Below are positions 8,456 through 15,504 of a stretch of 64,000 nt of DNA, piece after piece. How positions within the stretch are numbered: the stretch's first letter is position 1; every line of letters starts with the position of its first letter. Origin of the DNA: Blastochloris sp. (GTDB taxonomy: Bacteria > Verrucomicrobiota > Verrucomicrobiia > Methylacidiphilales > JAAUTS01). Location of the stretch: contig JAWXBW010000013.1 in NCBI GenBank assembly GCA_034440395.1, positions 4,595 through 68,594 on the forward strand. The letters are read 5' to 3'. The position numbers and the translations under genes are program-made. Below the pieces are notes generated by a model. The model saw only the letters and a list, made by a program, of their open reading frames with translations, was not told the origin of the DNA and ran no database searches.

Positions 8456-9658
8456 TTAAAATTCAGAACTTAACAATTGATTAAGATCGTAAGGTGTGGA
8501 AAACCCTTTGAGATTTGTTGGCGTATGATAATAAACGGAAGCCCAACCGTAGTAGGTGGTAAATTCATATTGAGGCTGAAAAGGGCCAGGATAAGTTAAG
8601 GTGACGGGGACTTTCTTGCCTTTGACAAATTTTGTGAGAGGTCTGATAGCCGTGGAGGCGGTTGGCGGGGTGTTGGGGAGCACCTGCTTCAGTCCGTAGA
8701 CGGCATACGGGCAGTAAAGGAGGATGAGCGTGTTCTCTCCTGCGTAGGCTCGGGCATCAGCTATGGCCTCATCAAGTTGCTGGATTTCATTTAAAACTTG
8801 GGGATAGTTATTTTCGCGTGATGCCGTTTCGATTTTACCGTGATGGACGATGAGAAAGTAACCGTTTAAATTGAATTGTAGGCATTGGATCGACTTACGT
8901 GTCATGGCTCGGAGCGTGGGTGTATGAGGCGACACGTCGTCTTTTTTATTTAATTCTGGATAATAATAGGGTAAGGCTTTATCTGAGAAAAGACCTAGGA
9001 GCTTACGAGTTTTCCAAGGTGTGCGCCAAGTCCAGACGGGTAGGTTATCAAGTTGTTGTTGGTCCTCGATTAGATTATAGTCTTTAAGGGCGGCTTCTTG
9101 GAGAAGGTTACGCGGCTTATCCCCAGAGGTCTGTGTTAAATCACTCGCCCCACCACCCATGATAGAGCTGATGGTGGTGGTGTCAAAAAGTTGGCGGGCT
9201 AGATCTTGTTGATCTTGGGCGTTGCGGGTTTGGGCGTAGAAGGCAGCAACGTGCGGGGAGACGATGGAGTCCGTGCTAATGATACCAACCAAGCGCCCAG
9301 CTCGTTGCGCTGCATAAAGCAGGTTATCTAGACGATTACCTTGAGGGTCGAAACCGATTTGATTGGCTAGACCAGTAACACCTGTTGAAAAATAAGTCAT
9401 GATCGAGGCCGGATCAATCCCACAACCAATTAAAGCTGTATGATCGACTAGGGTAAAATCCGTAGCCTGTTCACTGATAAAGGTTAGCTCAGGATGTTTT
9501 ACTTTATATTCAGAGATAAGCCGTGGGCTTAGGCCAGGCGCAACAAAAACAATAACCCCATGAGGCTTAGGTGCTACGTAATAGCGATAATACCAGAAAG
9601 CCATCAAGGTGAAGGCTCCGATAATAAATAAGCTAACAATACGTTGGCGCCAGATCAT
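8456..9658 (-). CDS. Membrane-anchored alkaline-phosphatase-fold protein with a degenerate active site (putative pseudoenzyme)
   Basis: 400 aa with an N-terminal TM (IVSLFIIGAFTLMAFWYY). Blocks align by eye to E. coli PhoA motifs, but every catalytic position differs. VFVAPGLSP vs LLIGDGMGD. DPASIMTYFSTGV vs DSAASATAWSTGV. GIISTDSIVSPHVAAFYAQ vs GNVSTAELQDATPAALVAH. GYFLIVHHGKIETASREN vs GFFLQVEGASIDKQDHAA. TLILLYCPYA vs TLVIVTADHA. Confidence 0.55.
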   Translation of the reverse strand: MIWRQRIVSLFIIGAFTLMAFWYYRYYVAPKPHGVIVFVAPGLSPRLISEYKVKHPELTFISEQATDFTLVDHTALIGCGIDPASIMTYFSTGVTGLANQIGFDPQGNRLDNLLYAAQRAGRLVGIISTDSIVSPHVAAFYAQTRNAQDQQDLARQLFDTTTISSIMGGGASDLTQTSGDKPRNLLQEAALKDYNLIEDQQQLDNLPVWTWRTPWKTRKLLGLFSDKALPYYYPELNKKDDVSPHTPTLRAMTRKSIQCLQFNLNGYFLIVHHGKIETASRENNYPQVLNEIQQLDEAIADARAYAGENTLILLYCPYAVYGLKQVLPNTPPTASTAIRPLTKFVKGKKVPVTLTYPGPFQPQYEFTTYYGWASVYYHTPTNLKGFSTPYDLNQLLSSEF

Positions 9659-9664
9659 ACATTC

Positions 9665-10300
9665 TTAACATTTAACTTCAGTGGAGGATGGTGAGTTTTT
9701 GCGGCCAGTCAAAAGGATTGTTTCCATCCGTGTAGAAAAGTGCAGCTCGAAAAGATCACGTTTATTTTCCACGGCCAAAATTTCTTCTGAAATCTCTTGC
9801 CCAGCATGAAGTTGTAAACGGCAAGAACCCTTATGAATTTCACATTCTAAACTGCGAATCAGGGATTTATGCGAACGGTCTAGAGCGTCTGCTACGCGGA
9901 TGATGGCAGCTAGAGATAAGAGCTTGGATCGCATGGAAGGTTCTAGATTACGGAAAGGTTTGTGAGTGAATTTAGGCAAGGACTTACGGTGGTAGCGCGC
10001 AATTTGAGCTACTAAATCTACTTGGGCAGGGTCTAAGATTTTCCAAGAATGCTCACGGATCATCGCAGCGGATTGTTTATGGTGGGCTGTTCCTGTTGTT
10101 GAGCGAGCCCAACCGATGTCATGCAGGAGGCAAGCTATTTCTAGTAAAAACAACTCTTCTTTTCCTAGATGATGGAGAGATTCGCATTGGATAAATAATT
10201 GGCCGGCAAGAAAGCATACCTGACGCGGATGGGTAGGTGTGGGGTCTATGCTTTCTAACAAGGTTAGAGCTTCGTTTAAGGCTGGATTGGGAGGTTTCAT
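9665..10300 (-). CDS. HD-domain protein corresponding to the C-terminal half of Ppx/GppA
   Basis: 211 aa. LEIACLLHDIGW, HHKQSA and IARYHRK motifs as in Ppx/GppA domains III/IV. Its start overlaps the upstream ppx-like gene by 4 nt (ATGA). Confidence 0.7.
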   Translation of the reverse strand: MKPPNPALNEALTLLESIDPTPTHPRQVCFLAGQLFIQCESLHHLGKEELFLLEIACLLHDIGWARSTTGTAHHKQSAAMIREHSWKILDPAQVDLVAQIARYHRKSLPKFTHKPFRNLEPSMRSKLLSLAAIIRVADALDRSHKSLIRSLECEIHKGSCRLQLHAGQEISEEILAVENKRDLFELHFSTRMETILLTGRKNSPSSTEVKC

Positions 10301-11271
10301 GGCGTGTGATTGTGAATAATGCGCTTAATCGGACGAGGTGCGATCATTTCTTGCCAAACTCCATAGCGTAGTCCATGAGTCGCACAATAAAGATTCGGCA
10401 CATTGAGTGCTTCCATAATGGAAGTGTAGATAAGAGCTCCAGCAGTGATGATGTCAGCACGGGCATGGGGGATGGAAGGATTTTTTTTAAGTCGTGCGAC
10501 GCTTTGGGTAGAGAGATTGCTCAGGATGTTATGCAGTTCAGCCTTACTTATCTTGGTTCCTTCTAAATGAGCGTCCCATGCGTCATGAGGAAGTTGTCGA
10601 TGGATTAAAGAAAGCGTGATCATGGTGCCACCTGTAGCTACGGCAGTAAATTTTTCTGGTAAAACTTTAGTGATTCGTTTCTTTACCTCTGTTTGGAGAA
10701 AGAGCTTAGCATTTTGTAACCCAAGAGGATCCGGCGGTTGATTATTTAAAAAGAGATCTTTAATCCGAACACAGCCCAGAGGTAAGCTCACACTCTTTGT
10801 GACCTTACCATTTTGGCCGATGACAAACTCTGCGCTACCACCTCCGAGGTCGATGATAAGGACAGGTCGATCCTTCCAGCGAGACGAACAAGTGGCACCA
10901 GCATAAACGAGTTCGCCCTCTTTTTTTCCTGAAATAATCTGGATAGGGATTTGTAAAATCTCACGGGCGGGGATTAACACCTCATGGCTATTAGAAGCAG
11001 AGCGTAAGGCACTTGTGCCTACGGCTAGGAGTTTAGTAATCCCGAAAGCATCTGCTTCTTTCTTAGAGCGTCTTAAAACTTCTAACGTTTCTGTGATGGA
11101 TTGATCAGATAATTTATTAGTTAAAGCCAGAGAACCACCTAAACGCGTTGTTGTGGCTTTTTCTTTTATAATGCGAAGCGTGCCACCGACCTGTTCGCCT
11201 AGCATAAATTTAATGGAGTTGCTGCCCAAATCAAGAACTGCGGCGCGAAGAGCAGAAGATTTTTTTTGCAT
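10297..11271 (-). CDS. Exopolyphosphatase / guanosine pentaphosphate phosphohydrolase (Ppx/GppA), ASKHA-fold N-terminal half only
   Basis: 324 aa. AAVLDLGSNSIKF, LIIDLGGGSAEF and AVATGGT phosphate-binding motifs of the Ppx/GppA family. Confidence 0.8.
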   Translation of the reverse strand: MQKKSSALRAAVLDLGSNSIKFMLGEQVGGTLRIIKEKATTTRLGGSLALTNKLSDQSITETLEVLRRSKKEADAFGITKLLAVGTSALRSASNSHEVLIPAREILQIPIQIISGKKEGELVYAGATCSSRWKDRPVLIIDLGGGSAEFVIGQNGKVTKSVSLPLGCVRIKDLFLNNQPPDPLGLQNAKLFLQTEVKKRITKVLPEKFTAVATGGTMITLSLIHRQLPHDAWDAHLEGTKISKAELHNILSNLSTQSVARLKKNPSIPHARADIITAGALIYTSIMEALNVPNLYCATHGLRYGVWQEMIAPRPIKRIIHNHTP

Positions 11272-11406
11272 ATCAGGGGAGCATACTATGGCATACGCCA
11301 GCTGTTGGCGTCACTTTTCTTTTAGCCTAGAGTAATGATTGGCAAATACCGCAAAAGTAGGGTTATACCCCATAGCTGAACGCATCTCATAATCGTAAAA
11401 TAAATA

Positions 11407-11679
11407 GTGTTAAGAATTTTTAATCAAGATGGAATTGTTGGTGGTGAGTTAAACCAGGCAAAGTCACCTCAAAGTCTGGACGCCATTCCCAATGTCGCCG
11501 ACTTGGCTAAAGAAGGCTCCCCTATTCTTTTTGATGAGAAAAAAAAACCGGGATCGTCCATGGCACCCATAACTTTTTCAGCAATGGAGAGACGTCACCA
11601 AGTCATTAAGCCCTTTTATGCAGAGATTCCTGACAATGCTTGGAAAAACGCACACCCTCCTCGGCCAAGTAAATTTTGA
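11407..11679 (+). CDS. Hypothetical protein (weak call)
   Basis: 90-aa ORF with no recognisable motif. It contains an A9 tract at 11539..11547 and overlaps the next ORF by 62 nt. Confidence 0.25.
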   Translation: MLRIFNQDGIVGGELNQAKSPQSLDAIPNVADLAKEGSPILFDEKKKPGSSMAPITFSAMERRHQVIKPFYAEIPDNAWKNAHPPRPSKF

Positions 11680-11842
11680 GAAAAGTATGTACCATTACCA
11701 AATCCAGATTAAAGACGGAAATAAAGAGCCTCAGAACGTATACATCTCTGACATGTATGAAGTTTTCCTTACGGCGAAAAGGTTAGGAGAATCTGCTTCT
11801 CCTAAACGAAAACCCAGATTAACAAAACCAAAAGCACAATGA
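11618..11842 (+). CDS. Hypothetical protein (weak call; the real start may be ATG 11687, MYHYQIQIKDG...)
   Basis: 74-aa ORF with a basic C-terminal tail (PKRKPRLTKPKAQ) and no recognisable motif. Confidence 0.25.
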   Translation: MQRFLTMLGKTHTLLGQVNFEKSMYHYQIQIKDGNKEPQNVYISDMYEVFLTAKRLGESASPKRKPRLTKPKAQ

Positions 11843-12121
11843 CTACCTACAATATCCAGCCTCAACGTTAGTGTAGTGAGAGAAAATATCATCGAAGCCT
11901 GCAAACGCGGTGCGGCGATTGAAGCAGGCAATTTCCAAGTTGAGATGGAAAACGATACTGTGTATTGACGCGGCTAAGTTCGAACATGGGCGGAACGGGG
12001 TGAAGCCCGCCGCACGGCTTGGTCTCCGCCTTGGGTTAAGGATGTCTATGACTTCATTGCTAGGCTAGGAGAGAAAACAAAACAAAAAATAGAAAATGCC
12101 CGTTTTTCTAGCGGAGATTGA
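11843..12121 (+). pseudogene. Remnant of a BON-domain (OsmY-like) stress protein with two in-frame stops
   Basis: One frame reads ...ENIIEACKRGAAIEAGNFQVEMENDTVY*RG*VRTWAERGEARRTAWSPPWVKDVYDFIA... This matches the BON signature (V.V.nG.VtLtG.VrSWaEr..Ae.aAw.apGV..V.n.l). TGA and TAA fall where Leu and a polar residue are expected. No start codon and no N-terminal part remain. Confidence 0.5.
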
Positions 12122-12142
12122 TTAAGGAGACATCCGATGTAA

Positions 12143-12328
12143 TTATAAGCCAAGTTCCACCTTGACTTGCTCCCAAGGAGTTCCTGGTTTTCCTTCATTA
12201 CGCTCAATTGCTGCTCGAAGCTCCATAAGATCTTCCATATCTTCTAGCCTTTCTTGGAGACGGACAATCTCTTGAGCTAAAGAGTCCAACGTTGGGCTTT
12301 CTGTTAAAGTAGAATTAACCACATGCAT
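12143..12328 (-). CDS. Putative type II antitoxin (short helical protein encoded just downstream of the RelE/ParE-type gene)
   Basis: Intact 61-aa ORF. LQERLEDMEDLMELRAAIERNEGKPGTPWEQVKVELGL resembles small antitoxins that end in ...W.ev..elGL. Its start lies inside the 3' end of the toxin reading frame. Confidence 0.55.
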   Translation of the reverse strand: MHVVNSTLTESPTLDSLAQEIVRLQERLEDMEDLMELRAAIERNEGKPGTPWEQVKVELGL

Positions 12329-12563
12329 CCTTTCTGTTTTTTACTGAATAAATACGAATAACATCGCTTTCCAGCACGAAAAGAATTCAGTAAATACCCA
12401 CACGGAGACGGTATTCTTGAGTTTTACCAGAAAGTTTTTTTACATCACCAGATAAATCTGTTTCTAACACCTCTAAACGCCAGCCAATGTTACGCCTAAT
12501 TTCATCGGGTAAAGCCCTAAGCTGGAGTCGAGCTTCATCTTGAACTTCTATTTGATAAAACAC
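12315..12563 (-). pseudogene. RelE/ParE-family toxin gene inactivated by an in-frame TGA (12389..12387)
   Basis: The reverse strand from GTG 12563 reads VFYQIEVQDEARLQLRALPDEIRRNIGWRLEVLETDLSGDVKKLSGKTQEYRLRVGIY*ILFVLESDVIRIYSVKNRKDACG*. This is the canonical RelE/ParE signature (YRLRVGdYRilF....i.i..V.hRKdaY). The stop sits exactly at the conserved Arg, so CGA->TGA is the likely change. Confidence 0.65.
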
Positions 12564-12580
12564 TTTAGTCAGTTTTAAAG

Positions 12581-12604
12581 TTAACCTTGGTTTTGTAAGG
12601 TTAA
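12581..12604. promoter_or_regulatory. Perfect inverted repeat TTAACCTT-N8-AAGGTTAA just upstream of the relE-like start (candidate TA operator)
   Basis: ttaacctt (12581..12588) and aaggttaa (12597..12604) are exact reverse complements, 18 nt upstream of GTG 12563. Confidence 0.35.
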
Positions 12605-12757
12605 GCTAAAGAAAAACCACCATCATGTTGCTCGAAGCTGATACGGAAAATTTGCCGCATCCTTTCCGTAAAGGCGCAAGAAGCAATGTCGTGCCAGAAA
12701 AATCCCCGTCTTATTTATAGTCCTATATAAGGCTACATTCCCGTTCCGCTTTAAGGA

Positions 12758-13708
12758 TCAAAGACTGGCAAATGCCTTCTTCAATAGGCCAGCAGAACGT
12801 TCTAGAGCTTTCTGTTCTTTGGCGTCAAGTTTGAGTTCTAGGACGGACTCGACACCTCCTCTCCCAATCACGCAGGGAGTGCCAAAGGCAACATCATGTA
12901 AGCCGTAGGGGCCGTCGATTAACGTAGAGACGACTAGGATCGAGTGTTCATCACGCAAGACAGCTTCGCAGATTCTAGCCACGCAGGCCGCTATGGCGTA
13001 GCAGGTGTTGCCTTTTAAAGCGGTAACTTCCGAGCCTATGCGCTGCACTGCGGTCAAAAGATCTTCATTTGAAGGAAGGGATTCTGCTCCAGGATAGAGC
13101 GCTAAGGGAATCCCGCCCACCTGTGCGCTACTCCAGATCGCAACGGAAGAATCGCCATGTTCACCAATAATAGTGGCGTGGACGGATCGGGCTTCGATCT
13201 GCAATTGGCTACTCAAATGAGATCGGAGACGCTCCGAATCAATCATGGTTCCCGTTCCTATGACATGGCCCACGGGGAGTCCGGCCTCCTTTTGGGCGAT
13301 GAATGTGAGCACATCCACAGGATTGGTGGTGATTAACAGAATGCCCTTAAACTTCTCAGCCATGAGTTTAGCAACGCAGTCACGGAAGGGGCCGACATTG
13401 GGAGCCAACATATCAAGCCGGGATCCGCTAAATTTAACAGGAGCTCCGATAGTTAGAATAACGATCGCACTGGCAGCAGCGTCAGCATAAGTCCCGGTGC
13501 TAATCGTTATAGGCGAACCTAAAGGAACAGCCTGTTGGAGATCCATGGCCTCGCCCTTTGCCCTATCAGCGTCTTGGTCAATAAGAACTAGCTCACGAAT
13601 TAAATGACCCACCACAAGAGCATGAGCACACGCCATGCCCACGTTGCCGCATCCAATAATGGCAATACGGGCAGGATCACTGGACGACGCGCTTGGCTTT
13701 AGCTTCAT
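12758..13708 (-). CDS. L-lactate/malate dehydrogenase family 2-hydroxyacid dehydrogenase
   Basis: 316 aa. Rossmann motif IAIIGCGNVGMACAHAL, catalytic IGEHGDS, MIDSERLR, and ITTNPVDV. The substrate loop is GAPVKFSGSR rather than GANQKPGETR. Confidence 0.8.
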   Translation of the reverse strand: MKLKPSASSSDPARIAIIGCGNVGMACAHALVVGHLIRELVLIDQDADRAKGEAMDLQQAVPLGSPITISTGTYADAAASAIVILTIGAPVKFSGSRLDMLAPNVGPFRDCVAKLMAEKFKGILLITTNPVDVLTFIAQKEAGLPVGHVIGTGTMIDSERLRSHLSSQLQIEARSVHATIIGEHGDSSVAIWSSAQVGGIPLALYPGAESLPSNEDLLTAVQRIGSEVTALKGNTCYAIAACVARICEAVLRDEHSILVVSTLIDGPYGLHDVAFGTPCVIGRGGVESVLELKLDAKEQKALERSAGLLKKAFASL

Positions 13709-13854
13709 ATGTGTTTGAAATCTACTTTAACTTTAGTCTAATGGAAGCGGATTATGAAGAGGCGTTTTTCTTGTCGGTGATGTGTTGAACAAATGCGTAA
13801 AGTCAAACTGCGAATACTAGATAGAGGGCTTTCAAGCGGAAGAGTTTAATCCGT

Positions 13855-14067
13855 CTATTCTGATTCTATAGCGAAACCAATTTTCAGCGTGACCTGCCAA
13901 TGATCTACTTTCCCTTTACTTATGCTTCCGCGCGTTTCGGTTATCTGAAACCAGCTAAGATTTCGGACACTTTTGTGGGTGAGATCTATGGCTTGGGTAA
14001 CTGCGTGCTCAATAGATTGCGTGGAGGTTCCAGTAACTTCGATTTGTTTATACACAGGATCTTTCAT
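13855..14067 (-). CDS. Dodecin-family flavin-binding protein
   Basis: 70 aa. VYKQIEVTGTSTQSIEHAVTQAI...RNLSWFQITETRGSI..GKVDHWQVTLKIGFAIE matches the dodecin pattern as I recall it. Confidence 0.6.
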   Translation of the reverse strand: MKDPVYKQIEVTGTSTQSIEHAVTQAIDLTHKSVRNLSWFQITETRGSISKGKVDHWQVTLKIGFAIESE

Positions 14068-14114
14068 AATGTTTTATTTCTGGGAGCGTCACAGCGCTTC
14101 CGAGCTGGTTAATT

Positions 14115-14321
14115 TTATTTACAACAGCAACTTGCGCTAGCTTCCTTGATGGCCTTCTCCACCGCTTCACGGCTTTCCCCCGTGCTTTTCTGAAGACGAC
14201 CAAAAAGCTCTTCTTCCTCTCCCTCAACGTAAGCAAGATCATTATCCGTAAGCGTGGCCCACTTTTGTTTCAGCTTGCCTTTAATAATATTCCATTCGCC
14301 CTTGATTTCGAGTTTGTTCAT
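14115..14321 (-). CDS. CsbD-family general stress protein
   Basis: 68 aa. KGEWNIIKGKLKQKWATLTDNDLAYVEGEEEELFGRLQKSTGESREAVEKAI matches the CsbD repeat signature. Unusual C-terminal SCCCK. Confidence 0.75.
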   Translation of the reverse strand: MNKLEIKGEWNIIKGKLKQKWATLTDNDLAYVEGEEEELFGRLQKSTGESREAVEKAIKEASASCCCK

Positions 14322-14529
14322 AGTGATTCCTTTAGTATTTTTACCGTCAGTGCGAAAGCAAAAAATTCCTTTGTTGGGAATAACATCAATCTGCGCTTAT
14401 TGCCCCGTGATGGAAATGGGGTGTAACCCTACCGAAGACCGAAGCTCCGCCTAGCAGCGAGGACGATGATGAATTCCTCGTCTGCGCAAATTATGCAAAC
14501 GGTCACGTTCCCTTCTATTCTGAACTTCA

Positions 14530-15147
14530 CTAGTTGGGATCTCCCTCGTTGCGCCATACTTCCACCGCTTCACTGACGGTCAGATTATGGGGTTCCCGCA
14601 TCTTCTCTTCATCCGCACTGGAGCTATCAATTATAGTTTTATCCGTAAGCGAAATATTTTCTAGTGCCGCAATTTTAGACAAGCGCCGCTTATGCTGTTC
14701 ACCGCCGATGAAGCGTGCATTAACGAAGGTGTTTACGAGTTCCCAAGCCAATGCATCACCAATCACGAGTCCGCCAAGGCAGATAACATTCAAGTCGTCA
14801 TCTTCGACACCTTGATGAGCCGAAAAGGAATCGGAAATTAGGCAGGCTCGCACACCGGGGACTTTATTGGCGGTTATGCAGGCTCCCACTCCACTACCAC
14901 ATAGGGCGACGCCACGATCTACTTGGCCGTTCGCTACCGCACGAGCTAAAGGCGCAATAAAATCAGGATAATCATCTTCAGGGCTCGACTGGCCATCACC
15001 AAAGTGAACCACCTCATAACCAGCCTCTTTTAATCTTTCGGCTATACGCTCTTTCAGCGCATACCCGCTATGATCAGCGGCAACGCCTATGCGTTTGAGA
15101 GGAGTCATGGTTTTCTTGGGACGTTTAAAATTATGCGATTCATTCAT
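14530..15147 (-). CDS. rpiB: Ribose-5-phosphate isomerase B (RpiB/LacAB family) with a roughly 45-aa C-terminal extension
   Basis: IGVAADHSGYALKERI, CGSGVGACITANKVPGVRA, and HQGVEDDDLNVICLG. ATG 15147 overlaps the upstream stop (ATGA). An alternative start is ATG 15108 (MTPLKRIGVAADH). Confidence 0.85.
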   Translation of the reverse strand: MNESHNFKRPKKTMTPLKRIGVAADHSGYALKERIAERLKEAGYEVVHFGDGQSSPEDDYPDFIAPLARAVANGQVDRGVALCGSGVGACITANKVPGVRACLISDSFSAHQGVEDDDLNVICLGGLVIGDALAWELVNTFVNARFIGGEQHKRRLSKIAALENISLTDKTIIDSSSADEEKMREPHNLTVSEAVEVWRNEGDPN

Positions 15148-15449
15148 GGTTCTTGCTTATCATCAAATCGACCCGCTTGCTGCATCTGTTCTTTCGCAGC
15201 TTTCAAAATTCCTTTTTCAACAAGTCTTTCACTCGTGCTTCTGCCCTCGCTGTCTTCATCATCACCCGGAAGTTCGGGAGGTGTATGACCCTTTGTTCCA
15301 GGAACTGGGTTCCATAGCACTGGTGCTGGTTCTAGTTCTGCTTCTTTCCGTTCGGTATCGGGGTTACCTTCGTAAAGAGTAATTTTCATCACTTCTTGCA
15401 GAGTTTGTTTAGGAGGAACCGAACTATTCGTTTTCTTTTTTGGTTTCAT
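15144..15449 (-). CDS. Hypothetical acidic, Pro-rich protein
   Basis: 101-aa ORF translationally coupled to rpiB by a 4-nt overlap. No recognisable domain. Confidence 0.4.
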   Translation of the reverse strand: MKPKKKTNSSVPPKQTLQEVMKITLYEGNPDTERKEAELEPAPVLWNPVPGTKGHTPPELPGDDEDSEGRSTSERLVEKGILKAAKEQMQQAGRFDDKQEP

Positions 15450-15504
15450 ATAAAGGTAGTGTAGGCAAAGCGTGTTTGTTCCTTTAAGATAGAAGAATCA
15501 GAGT

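Noticed and set aside
12387-12389. Possibility that the in-frame TGA codons in the relE-like and DUF433 genes are recoded (Sec, Trp or Gly)
   Set aside because: Many well-defined genes in the window terminate at TGA at their expected ends (for example the PP2C, srkA and Ppx genes). The interrupted positions correspond to conserved Arg, and no SECIS-like context was seen.
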